Shown: piece after piece, positions 24,358 through 33,039 of the stretch
How positions within the stretch are numbered: the first letter of the stretch is position 1
Layout of the letters: every line of letters starts with the position of its first letter
Source: an uncultured Lachnospiraceae bacterium
GTDB taxonomy: Bacteria; Bacillota; Clostridia; Lachnospirales; Lachnospiraceae
Assembly (NCBI GenBank): GCA_947565255.1
Contig: CANOFI010000001.1
Location: forward strand, 1-33,039
DNA length: 33,039 bases
Direction of reading: 5' to 3'
Made by a program: the position numbers and the translations under genes
Notes under the pieces: generated by a model
Database searches by the model: none
Seen by the model: the letters and a program-made list of their open reading frames with translations, nothing else
Told to the model about the DNA's origin: nothing

Positions 24358-25164
24358 CTACAATGTCTCATTCATACTTCCCGTGCGGTATCCACGCAAA
24401 TCAAGAGTTACATACGAAAATCCCAAATTTTTGCAGAATGCAAACGTATGTTCCCTCATTTTCCGCTCCATCAGCCGCTCCATCTCCTCCGGCAGCACTT
24501 CAATCCTCGCCATGTTCCCATGCACCCGTACCCGCACCTGATGAAATCCCTTGTCCAAAAGCATCTGCTCTGCTTTATCCACCATCTGCAGCTTTTCCGC
24601 CGTAATCGTTTCCCCATACACAAAACGGGAAGCCAGACAGGCGAAGGACGGCTTGCCCCATGTCGGCAATCCCAGCTCTTTGGAGAGCGTACGGATTTCC
24701 GCCTTGGTAAATCCCGCTTCCCGCAGCGGACTTTTCACACCCAGCTCCTGCACCGCCACAAGTCCCGGCCGGTAGTCGCCGCAGTCATCCATATTCGAGC
24801 CCTCTGCCACCTGCTGCATACCATGCTCCCGCGCAATCTGCCCTATTTCCTCAAAAAGCGCATGCTTACACAAATAACAGCGGTTGGGAGGATTCTGCCG
24901 AAATCCCTCCACATTCATCTCATCAAACGCAAACACCACCTGCCGGATGCCATTTTGTTCACAAAACTGCTCTGCTTCCCTCAATTCTCTTTTCGGGAAA
25001 GAGCACGCAGATGCCGTAACCGCCATTGTCCTGTCTCCCAGCGCTTCCTGCGCCGCTTTCATAAGAAACGCAGAATCTGCCCCGCCGGAAAATGCCACTG
25101 CCACGCTGCCAAGCTCTTCCAGATACTGCAACAGCTTTTTATATTTTTCCTCTATCCCGTTCAC
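24358..25164 (-). CDS. larE: LarE, ATP-dependent sulfur transferase (PP-loop ATP pyrophosphatase family)
   Basis: The PP-loop AFSGGADS, RCYLCK and SFACLASRFVYG motifs are present. A GTG start at 25164 forms a GTGA overlap with the upstream reductase stop. Confidence 0.8.
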   Translation of the reverse strand: MNGIEEKYKKLLQYLEELGSVAVAFSGGADSAFLMKAAQEALGDRTMAVTASACSFPKRELREAEQFCEQNGIRQVVFAFDEMNVEGFRQNPPNRCYLCKHALFEEIGQIAREHGMQQVAEGSNMDDCGDYRPGLVAVQELGVKSPLREAGFTKAEIRTLSKELGLPTWGKPSFACLASRFVYGETITAEKLQMVDKAEQMLLDKGFHQVRVRVHGNMARIEVLPEEMERLMERKMREHTFAFCKNLGFSYVTLDLRGYRTGSMNETL

Positions 25165-26312
25165 GAAAATAATCTCCTTGCCTTCTCCATCCGTTCCACC
25201 ACCGGAACATGAAACGGACACCGGCTCTCACAGCCGCCGCAGGAAATACACTGGCTGGCATTGGCAGAAAGCTGCCCATAATGCGCCCTTACGGTCGGCG
25301 GCACCTCATCCTGCATGGAGGCCAGATCATACAGCTTATTTACCATGGCAATGTCAATGCCGGACGGACACGGTGCACAGTGCCCGCAATACGTGCACTG
25401 TCCCGATGTATATGCATGCCGCGGTGCATTTGCAAGCACACTCGCATAATCCTTTTCCTCCTCTGTTGCCGTCTCATACGCACATGCCGCCTGTACGTGC
25501 CCGACGGTATCAAACCCTGCCATTACACTTGCAACTGCCGGACGGGTCAGGGCATAATGCAGGCACTGCACCGGTGTCAGTGCCACGCCAAAGGGGGATG
25601 TTTTCGCATCAAACAGCCTTCCTCCCGCATACCCCTTCATGACAGTCATGCCGACTCCGCTCTGTTCACAAAGACGGTAAAGCTCTTCCCTCACCGGGTC
25701 CATTCCTCCCAGCTTTTCAGAATACGTCTCGGCAAAATAATCATCAATATTTTCTGTCGGCGGCAGCAAATCAAATGCCGGGTTGACGCTGAACAGAAGC
25801 ATCTCAATCTCCCCGCCCAGCGCTGCCATTTTTGCCACCTGCGGATTGTGGGTGCTCATGCCGATATGACGGATTGTGCCGCTCTTTTTCAGTTCTCTTA
25901 CATAGTCCATAAATGGATTGTCCCTGTTCATCAGCCGTTCAAATTCTGCTGCCTCATCGACAAAATGAATCATTCCCAAATCCATGTAATCCGTCTGCAT
26001 GCGTGCGAGCAAATCTTCAAACGCCGGCTTCACATAACTCATATCTCTTGTCCGCACATACTGCCCGTTCTGCCATGTAGAACCGATATGCCCCTGAATA
26101 ATCCACTGTTCTCTGTGCCCTTTTATAGCTGCGCCAATATTCAAACGTACGTTTGGCTCTGACATCCAGCAGTCCAGAATATTGATGCCCTCCGCCTCAC
26201 AGGCAGCAATGACTTCTTTCACCTCTTCCTTATTATGCCGCTCCAGCCATTCGCCTCCCAGGCCGATTTCACTGACCTTTAATCCCGTATTTCCAAGATT
26301 TCTGTATCTCAT
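25161..26312 (-). CDS. Aldo/keto reductase fused to a C-terminal 2x[4Fe-4S] ferredoxin-like domain
   Basis: The AKR start is MRYRNLGNTGLKVSEIGLGG. The C-terminus has CTYCGHCAPCP and CISCGGCESRCP. The start at 26312 is 7 nt after an AGGAGG ribosome-binding site. Confidence 0.75.
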   Translation of the reverse strand: MRYRNLGNTGLKVSEIGLGGEWLERHNKEEVKEVIAACEAEGINILDCWMSEPNVRLNIGAAIKGHREQWIIQGHIGSTWQNGQYVRTRDMSYVKPAFEDLLARMQTDYMDLGMIHFVDEAAEFERLMNRDNPFMDYVRELKKSGTIRHIGMSTHNPQVAKMAALGGEIEMLLFSVNPAFDLLPPTENIDDYFAETYSEKLGGMDPVREELYRLCEQSGVGMTVMKGYAGGRLFDAKTSPFGVALTPVQCLHYALTRPAVASVMAGFDTVGHVQAACAYETATEEEKDYASVLANAPRHAYTSGQCTYCGHCAPCPSGIDIAMVNKLYDLASMQDEVPPTVRAHYGQLSANASQCISCGGCESRCPFHVPVVERMEKARRLFS

Positions 26313-26345
26313 GACCATCCTCCTGTTCTATCTTCCGTGGCACAA

Positions 26346-27467
26346 TTATTGTTCAAATGCTGCCGCTATTTTTTCCAGTTCCTCGCGGATGGAGATATGC
26401 TGCGGGCAGACCTGCTCGCATTTTCCGCACTTAATACATTCTGCCGCCCTTTTTCTGTTATGACGGCTTACCAGCCAGTTTTCCTGGTTCAACGCGGCTG
26501 CCTTGTCACTATATAAGGTATAATAGTTCATTGCAGTCATAGAACCGGAAATCCCGATATCATTCGGACAGACCTTGGCACAGTAATTACAGGTGGTGCA
26601 CGGAATCAGCGGAATGCTGTTCAGCTCTTCCTGCGCCTTTTGCAGTACGGTCTTCTGTTCCCCGGTCAGACCGTCAAATGTCTTCATATAAGATAAGTTA
26701 TCCTGCATCTGCTCCATATTGCTCATACCGGAAAGCACCGTAATCACACCCTCCAAATCTGCCGCAAACCGGATTGCCCAGGATGCCTCAGAAGCCTCCG
26801 GCTCCGCCTCCCTCAAAATTTTCCTGACAGATTCCGGCGGCGTTGCCAGCATGCCTCCCTTTACCGGCTCCATAATAATAACCGGCTTGCCATGCTTTCT
26901 TGCCACTTCATAACAACCCCCGGACTGTACGGCCGGATTGTCCCAGTCCGCATAATTAATCTGTAACTGTACAAACTCCGCCTCAGGATGCTTTGTCAGT
27001 ATCTCATCCAGTTCTTCCGGAGTAGAATGGAAAGAAAAACCGATATGCTTAATCAGGCCTTCCGCCTTCTTCTCCTGCACAAAGCTCCACATATCATACT
27101 CCTCAAAAAAACGCGTTCTTCCCTCGCCTAAATTATGTAACAGATAAAAATCAAAATACCCTGCGCCGGTCTGTTTTAAAGATGTCTCAAACTGCGCGAT
27201 GGCCTCTTCTCTTGTCTTACAGTTAATCCACGCCGCATTTTTTGTGGCAAGCTGGAAGCGTTCCCTTGGGTAGCGTTCTACAAGCGCCTGCCGGATGGCA
27301 TCCTCGCTGCCCGCATAGGCCCACGCCGTATCAAAATAAGTAAATCCAGCCTCCAGAAATGCATCTGTCATCTGTTTTACCTGCTCAATGTCAATGTCAT
27401 CCCCGTTCTTTGGCAGACGCATCAGCCCGAACCCTAATTTTTTAATTTCTTCTCCCAAATATGCCAT
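26346..27467 (-). CDS. Aldo/keto reductase fused to a C-terminal 2x[4Fe-4S] ferredoxin-like domain (paralogue)
   Basis: LGFGLMRLP...FDTAWAY is present, and the C-terminus has CTTCNYCAKVCP and CIKCGKCEQVCP. The start could be either the GTG at 27476 or the ATG at 27467. Confidence 0.75.
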   Translation of the reverse strand: MAYLGEEIKKLGFGLMRLPKNGDDIDIEQVKQMTDAFLEAGFTYFDTAWAYAGSEDAIRQALVERYPRERFQLATKNAAWINCKTREEAIAQFETSLKQTGAGYFDFYLLHNLGEGRTRFFEEYDMWSFVQEKKAEGLIKHIGFSFHSTPEELDEILTKHPEAEFVQLQINYADWDNPAVQSGGCYEVARKHGKPVIIMEPVKGGMLATPPESVRKILREAEPEASEASWAIRFAADLEGVITVLSGMSNMEQMQDNLSYMKTFDGLTGEQKTVLQKAQEELNSIPLIPCTTCNYCAKVCPNDIGISGSMTAMNYYTLYSDKAAALNQENWLVSRHNRKRAAECIKCGKCEQVCPQHISIREELEKIAAAFEQ

Positions 27468-27541
27468 ACGAATCACCCATTCCTTTCATTATGCCATCAT
27501 CATACTGCCTGTAAGCATCCCTAGTTGTCCTATATCATTTT

Positions 27542-27570
27542 ATTATAATATGATAACATCTCTTTTGCAA
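27542..27570 (-). promoter_or_regulatory. Consensus-like sigma-70 promoter (TTGCAA-17 nt-TATAAT) for the reductase-lar operon
   Basis: On the minus strand TTGCAA is at 27565-27570 and TATAAT at 27542-27547, with a 17-nt spacer. Confidence 0.55.
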
Positions 27571-27767
27571 TATTCCACCAAAATTTTCACACAACTCCCA
27601 CATTTTATTAAATTCAGACCCACAAACAAAACAAAGCTGCCTAGAAACACCTTCACCCACTATATATAGTAGTACTATCCCAAATATTGTATCTACCGTA
27701 GTGTTTGAACAATGATTCCCGACAGCCCCGCTGATTTCCGCCATATCTATTTTCGTGCCTGCTATTC

Positions 27768-29612
27768 CTACCCTGTTTTCTCCTTATAATTTTCGGCCTG
27801 CATATTGAACATCTCCGCATACTTGCCTTCAAGCGCCATCAGCTCCTCATGGCTTCCTTCTTCAATTATCTGTCCGTCCTCCAGCATAATAATGCGGTCC
27901 GCAAGCTTTGTCGTAGATAACCTATGTGAAATAAAAAGCACAGTCTTATCCTCCGCTGCCGCAAGCATACTCTGATTCACATTGTACTCGCTGACCGGGT
28001 CAAGCGCAGAGGAAGGCTCATCCAGAATCACAATCTTGCAGTCTCTTGGAAATACCCTTGCAATGGCAACCTTCTGTCCTTCTCCCCCGGACAGCTGCAC
28101 CCCTTTTTTATCAAATTCACGGGAAAGCATTGTTTTGGTTCCGAGCGAAAGGGTATCCAGCTTTTCCTTAAATCCGCTTTTTTCAAGTGCACTTCGAATC
28201 ACCGGTTCGTCGGCATCCTCCACACAGTCCATCATGACGTTCTGGCCAATGGTTGCGGCAAGCAGACGATAATCCTGAAATACCACGCCAAAATACTTCC
28301 TGAACTCTTCCAGCTTATATTCCCGGATGTCCGTGTCGCCCAGACAAACTAAACCGCAGCTCACATCATACAGTCTCATAATTAATTTAATCAGTGTCGT
28401 CTTTCCTGCTCCGTTATAGCCCACAAGCGCTACCTTTTCACCCGGCTGAATCGTAAGGCTGATATCCTTTATGACCGGCTCTTTTGTACCTTCATAAGCA
28501 AAGGATACATGCTTCAGCGAAATCGCCTCAGAGGTTTCCGGCACGGACAAAGCTCCTTCTTTATCCTTCATTTTCGGCTCATACTCTATAAAATGCCGGA
28601 ATTTTTCAATATAAAGGCTGTCTTTTTTCAGCTTCGAGAAAAAGTAAACCATTTCCATCCAGTTGTTAAAAAACATATCCGTACCGACAAACAACGCAAA
28701 AAAACTTCCATATGTATACAGATGGCTCACCAGTGTTCTATACAAAAGATACCCCATGTAAACCCCGTAAAGCAGGCCGCCGTACAAACCAGCATCAAGC
28801 AGTGTGACATAAAGGGTCGTCTTCCATCCATAGAAGCGCACTTCCTTCACAAGCTTTTCATTTGATTCGCTGAAATTGTCTACCAGCACGCCCTTTACCG
28901 GAGACAGGCGTATCTCCTTTGCGTAATCAGGCTGGTACATAATTCTGCTGGTATAATCCCGCCTCCGCTGCAGAGGCTTCTGCCGAACGGACAGCTCATA
29001 ATCCAGCTTATTCATCTTCTGCCGGACAATGGCCTCCAAAATGAGTCCGACAGCAACAATCACAATCCCCACCGCATTGATGCTGGCAACAATCGTCATC
29101 GCACCGCCGACCACCGTCACACATTTGAGAAAATTTGTAAAGACGGTTAATGATTCAATGGCCTTTTCATCCGCCTGGGACATTGCCCATACAAAATCAT
29201 TGTAAAATTCGGGATTGTCATAGCATGCAAGCTCCATGTCCCTTGCTTTCTGAAAAAGCTCCTCATGCATTTTTCCATACAAATATTCCTTTTTTCTTGG
29301 AAAATAACTGCCCTGATACAAACCGCTCTGCAGGGCAAGTATAAGATTTAATGCCACTACGAACAGAAGAAACGGCAGCATATCGATAAATGACCGGTCT
29401 TTCTGCAGACCGTCCAGGACATATTTTGCCACATATACAGTATCGAGAACACCGACTGTTCCGCCAAGCAGCGCCGAAAAAATAGACCAGATAAGAAGCC
29501 CCGGCGTGTATTTTGCAATGTAGCCAAACATGAGAAAATTGTTGGAAAATACACGTCTGATGCTTTGTTTTTCCTCTTTTTTCTTCTGTTTTTCCTTGTT
29601 TTGTGCCATCAT
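27768..29612 (-). CDS. ABC exporter, fused permease/ATPase (heterodimer partner 2)
   Basis: A six-TM N-terminal half is followed by Walker A GYNGAGKTT, signature LSGGEGQK and Walker B ILDEPSS. There is an ATGA overlap with the upstream gene. Confidence 0.8.
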   Translation of the reverse strand: MMAQNKEKQKKKEEKQSIRRVFSNNFLMFGYIAKYTPGLLIWSIFSALLGGTVGVLDTVYVAKYVLDGLQKDRSFIDMLPFLLFVVALNLILALQSGLYQGSYFPRKKEYLYGKMHEELFQKARDMELACYDNPEFYNDFVWAMSQADEKAIESLTVFTNFLKCVTVVGGAMTIVASINAVGIVIVAVGLILEAIVRQKMNKLDYELSVRQKPLQRRRDYTSRIMYQPDYAKEIRLSPVKGVLVDNFSESNEKLVKEVRFYGWKTTLYVTLLDAGLYGGLLYGVYMGYLLYRTLVSHLYTYGSFFALFVGTDMFFNNWMEMVYFFSKLKKDSLYIEKFRHFIEYEPKMKDKEGALSVPETSEAISLKHVSFAYEGTKEPVIKDISLTIQPGEKVALVGYNGAGKTTLIKLIMRLYDVSCGLVCLGDTDIREYKLEEFRKYFGVVFQDYRLLAATIGQNVMMDCVEDADEPVIRSALEKSGFKEKLDTLSLGTKTMLSREFDKKGVQLSGGEGQKVAIARVFPRDCKIVILDEPSSALDPVSEYNVNQSMLAAAEDKTVLFISHRLSTTKLADRIIMLEDGQIIEEGSHEELMALEGKYAEMFNMQAENYKEKTG

Positions 29613-31444
29613 GAAACCTCACCTTCGACATAATTTTCTGCCTGAAAACGAAACATTTCTGCATATTTTCCATTCTTTTCCATCAATTCCCTGTGGGAAC
29701 CGCTCTCAATGATTCTTCCATGCTCCAGCATATATATTTTATCCGCCAGAACGGCCGAGGAAAGACGGTGGGAAATAAATACAACCGCCTTGTTCTCACA
29801 AACCTTCAGCAGGCTTTCATGCATCTTGTATTCTGCAATCGGGTCAAGTGCCGAGCTTGGTTCGTCCAGAATGGCAATCCCGCAGTCTTTGGCAAATACG
29901 CGCGCAATGGCAATTTTCTGGCATTCCCCTCCGGACAGCACCGCCCCGTCCGGGTCAAACTCTCTTGTCAGCATTGTCTCTATTCCATTTGGGAGCGTCA
30001 TGACCTTATCATACACACCGCTGTTTTTCAGCGCATCAATAACCATCTCACGGTCTTTTTCTTCCATGCGGCGCATCAGCACATTTTCTGCAACTGTCAG
30101 TCCAAAAATACGGTAATCCTGAAACACCGTTCCGAAAAGTCCCCGGTATTCCCCGACCGCATAGTCTCGAACATCTGTTTGGTTCAATGTCAGCCGCCCC
30201 TCAGTCGGGTCATACAGCCGCATAAGCAGCTTCACCAGCGTTGTCTTTCCCGCTCCGTTTTCTCCTACCAGCACAATTTTTTCATTTTTGGAAATGGAAA
30301 GATTAATATCTTTTAACACCTCCTGGTCCTGTCCAAAATAAGAAAAGGAAACATGCTCCATTTCCAGCAGCAGATTTTCCCGGTCCACTGCCTTTCCGGA
30401 CTGGCTCTCTGAAATCGCGGGCTTATAGTTGAAAAACTCGCGGATATTTTGTATGTATAAATGGTTGTCCTGAATTCTCCCCAAGAGATATGCATCCTTC
30501 ACCAGACAATCTGCAATCTGCATAATCGCATTTACCAGAACGATATAGTCGCTAATCTGTAAATTCTTAAAATACAGAAGCCGTATCGAGGCATAGAAAA
30601 TAGAACCTGCTGTCACAAACACCTGGCTCAGTCCCTCTGAAAAACACGAAAGCAGTCCCGCCCTGAATCCATATTTTTTCGTATTCTGCATAACCGTGCG
30701 GACTGCATCCTTAAACTCCGTTATCAGCAGCACAAATCCATTGGAAAGCCGGAGCTCCTTTGCATAATCCTGCTGATACATACTGCGCTTTACATAGTCT
30801 TTTTTGCGGTCGGCAAAAATATTTTCCTGGTAAAGCTCGTAGTTTACTTTGTTGATTCGTTTTCCTATTATGTATGTAGAAACCATGGGAAATACAGCGA
30901 ACAGCACTGCAAACGGGTCAATCTGCACCGTTTTGTAAACCAGAACCGCAAGCGCCGCCAGACTGGTCAGAAATCTGCCCATAACCCACAGCACCGTATG
31001 CGCTCTGCCCTTAATCTGCGTAACCGCCTTCATGTATTTGTTATAGAACTCGGGATTTTCAAAACATGCAAGCTCTACATCCGCCGCCTTTTCAAACATG
31101 CAGATATGCAGTTTTTCATACAGCCTGTGGTTTCCCACGGATTCCGTAACATTTCTAAAATAGGACGTATAAAAAACGACGAGAAAATTAAACAGAACTG
31201 TAAAAATCAAAAATGGAATTACATCTGCAAACGATGCCTTCTCTTCTACAAATTTTATAATAATCTCCCAAAAAAAGATTCCAAAAAAAAGATTTCTCGC
31301 ATAGGAGCATATATTTCCGGCAAACTGCCCGATCACCCTGCTGGGACTTGCCTGAAACGCCAGTCCCAGCAGAAAGAAATTGCTTGCAAATGCTTTGCCT
31401 AAACCCACCTTATCTTTCTTCTTTTGCTTCTCCTTTGCTTCCAT
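29609..31444 (-). CDS. ABC exporter, fused permease/ATPase (heterodimer partner 1)
   Basis: Walker A GENGAGKTT, signature LSGGECQK and Walker B ILDEPSS are present, with an AAGGAG ribosome-binding site. Confidence 0.8.
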   Translation of the reverse strand: MEAKEKQKKKDKVGLGKAFASNFFLLGLAFQASPSRVIGQFAGNICSYARNLFFGIFFWEIIIKFVEEKASFADVIPFLIFTVLFNFLVVFYTSYFRNVTESVGNHRLYEKLHICMFEKAADVELACFENPEFYNKYMKAVTQIKGRAHTVLWVMGRFLTSLAALAVLVYKTVQIDPFAVLFAVFPMVSTYIIGKRINKVNYELYQENIFADRKKDYVKRSMYQQDYAKELRLSNGFVLLITEFKDAVRTVMQNTKKYGFRAGLLSCFSEGLSQVFVTAGSIFYASIRLLYFKNLQISDYIVLVNAIMQIADCLVKDAYLLGRIQDNHLYIQNIREFFNYKPAISESQSGKAVDRENLLLEMEHVSFSYFGQDQEVLKDINLSISKNEKIVLVGENGAGKTTLVKLLMRLYDPTEGRLTLNQTDVRDYAVGEYRGLFGTVFQDYRIFGLTVAENVLMRRMEEKDREMVIDALKNSGVYDKVMTLPNGIETMLTREFDPDGAVLSGGECQKIAIARVFAKDCGIAILDEPSSALDPIAEYKMHESLLKVCENKAVVFISHRLSSAVLADKIYMLEHGRIIESGSHRELMEKNGKYAEMFRFQAENYVEGEVS

Positions 31445-31581
31445 ATTAAACTCCTTTATGTCCCTATATTCCAGGTCACATTTGAAAATTCACTGCTGCC
31501 GTCTGTATGCCGGAAATGTAATTGGTTTCAGCCCTCCTGTTCTGGTCTGCAAATTCGAACCGGATTACAAAAATCTGTATG

Positions 31582-32769
31582 TTACTGTGCTGCAGCAGGC
31601 TCAATTCGGACATACGATGCGGCATTAACATAAGACTCTGTTATATCATCATAGGATATTTCTCCCGTACCAATTCCCATTCCACAGACATTTCCGTCGC
31701 CGTCTTTCATTTCAACAGGACTGCCGCCCTCCGCAACCTGTGCCTGCTCCAGTATCAGCTTTCCAAAATTTTCGAATTGCTCATGATTTTGTACCATAAC
31801 TGCAACCTGAGGCTTCCCTTCCGCAGAACCCAGGATTTCCACCCTGCTGTCCTTTATTGTAAGATTGCCTCTGTATACAACAATCCCCATCGTTGAATAG
31901 GACTGTGACGAACCAGGCTTCACATCCATCTTTACCTGATTCTCAATTGTCAGACTGCCCAATGCACTGATTCCCCATCCAATAGAAAATTTGTCACCCT
32001 CATGTACGGAATAGTAATCGGAACCAGACACATGCAGCGTCCCATTCCCTGTAATTGTAAGGATTCCATTACTCGAAATACCGTCCAGCCCGGAATTCCC
32101 GGCCACTGTATTTTCAGAGCCATCCGCAAGCTGAATCGTAAGCGCTGCATATTCCTCCACCACAATGCCTCCAACATTACAGTTATCCAGCAGCAGAACC
32201 GTCTCCCCGTCCTGCTTTTTTAAACTGACTCCAGACAAAAATTCCTCTTTGGGTTCCTCTCCGGCGTATATGGTTTCGCTGAACTTTCCTTCGGTATCAT
32301 AAATGGTAACATACGAAGCCTTCGCTGTATTCTCTCCATCTATCTCAAAATCAAGTCTCCGCTCATAGCTGTACATTTCTCCGGCTGTATTGAGCGCAGC
32401 ATAAATTGTAATATCACCTTTTTCCGGCAGAACCGCCTTATCTATGGACTGCACGGTATCCGGAATTTTCACGCTTTTTATTTTCTTATTCTTTTCAAAT
32501 GCTGAATCCGCAATCCGCACCACGGGAAGATTATTATACTCCTCCGGAATGACAACCTCTTCCTCGCTGCCATTGTATTTTGTCAGAACAACTCCCCGCT
32601 CTTCTTCTGTAAATTCAAATTCCTCAGCCTGCTCATTTACTTTTTTATTGGATTCCTTTAAGCGTTTTGCAGTTTCGGCATCCGAATCGCTATTCCCGCA
32701 GGCACACAGTACACACACAGCCGCCGTGAAAACACCTGTCCGTACCAGCTTTTTCACTGTTTTTTTCAT
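31582..32769 (-). CDS. Lipoprotein with a BspA-type leucine-rich-repeat segment
   Basis: The signal peptide plus lipobox is MKKTVKKLVRTGVFTAAVCVLCAC|G. The segment VVIPEEYNNLPVVRIADSAFEKNKKIKSVKIPDTVQSI is LRR-like. Confidence 0.6.
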   Translation of the reverse strand: MKKTVKKLVRTGVFTAAVCVLCACGNSDSDAETAKRLKESNKKVNEQAEEFEFTEEERGVVLTKYNGSEEEVVIPEEYNNLPVVRIADSAFEKNKKIKSVKIPDTVQSIDKAVLPEKGDITIYAALNTAGEMYSYERRLDFEIDGENTAKASYVTIYDTEGKFSETIYAGEEPKEEFLSGVSLKKQDGETVLLLDNCNVGGIVVEEYAALTIQLADGSENTVAGNSGLDGISSNGILTITGNGTLHVSGSDYYSVHEGDKFSIGWGISALGSLTIENQVKMDVKPGSSQSYSTMGIVVYRGNLTIKDSRVEILGSAEGKPQVAVMVQNHEQFENFGKLILEQAQVAEGGSPVEMKDGDGNVCGMGIGTGEISYDDITESYVNAASYVRIEPAAAQ

Positions 32770-32929
32770 ATCAATATCCATTCCTTTCGCTATGCCCAGA
32801 CAAAAACACGGAAAAAATGAGTCTCCTGAGCTTATTTTTCATTTTTTTAAATGCACATATATCTCAAACTTTTTACTTTTTCACCTCCGTATACGTTGTA
32901 TTTATGTATTGCCAAAACACGCTGCCAAA

Positions 32930-33039
32930 TTCAGCAGGACACCGCATTATAAGCATAACCGTCGAAATTAAGAAAATTATAACACGCCAGCCTGTTATTC
33001 TCATCTTTTAAAAACCGCACCATAAACTCATAATCCGCC
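32930..33039 (-). CDS. 3' end of an unidentified gene running off the right edge (...ADYEFMVRFLKDENNRLACYNFLNFDGYAYNAVSC*)
   Basis: An open frame runs from the window edge to a TGA at 32930-32932. It was translated by hand and I recognise no motif. Confidence 0.25.

Noticed and set aside
23962-25212. 416-aa plus-strand ORF, together with 25209..26162 (317 aa) and 24884..25642.
   Set aside because: These are antisense shadow ORFs of the well-supported cbiM, larE and reductase genes. They are low-complexity (Pro/His/Arg/Ser-rich), have no ribosome-binding site and carry no recognisable motif.
27535-27744. 69-aa minus-strand ORF between the ABC exporter and the reductase gene.
   Set aside because: It overlaps the consensus promoter at 27542-27570, has no ribosome-binding site and no recognisable motif. 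It is more likely promoter or intergenic sequence.

Overview
The window looks like a Clostridia (Lachnospiraceae-like) chromosome segment; that guess rests on gene content and GGAGG-type ribosome-binding sites only. Almost everything is encoded on the minus strand.

Block 1 (1-13.2 kb) is a type III-D-like CRISPR-Cas locus. The effector operon runs cas6, HD-less cas10, cas7, csx10(cas5)-cas11 fusion, cas7-cas7 fusion, a csx19-sized gene and a large insertion-containing cas7. After it come a divergently transcribed WYL-domain protein and a compact operon of six tandem 20-32-codon amphipathic micropeptide genes. Then follow a CARF-HEPN (Csx1/Csm6-like, DxTHG-type) gene with an unassigned C-terminal extension, a consensus promoter, and one Cas6-style 37-nt repeat at the extreme left edge. 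The CRISPR array probably continues outside the window. No cas1 or cas2 is present.

The micropeptide operon plus WYL protein embedded inside the type III locus is the best candidate for something undescribed.

Block 2 (13.26-18.24 kb) is a TetR regulator plus a stand-alone NRPS-like set (alpha/beta hydrolase, condensation domain, carrier protein, acyl-AMP ligase). Block 3 is a FlxA-like coiled-coil protein. Block 4 (19.56-27.57 kb) is one long operon: two aldo/keto-reductase-ferredoxin fusions, larE, a Ni/Co ECF-type transporter (M-PDGLE, Q, O), larB and larC, with no larA. Block 5 is a heterodimeric ABC exporter pair and an LRR lipoprotein.

All functional calls come from motifs read by eye in the supplied translations. 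No database search was run.
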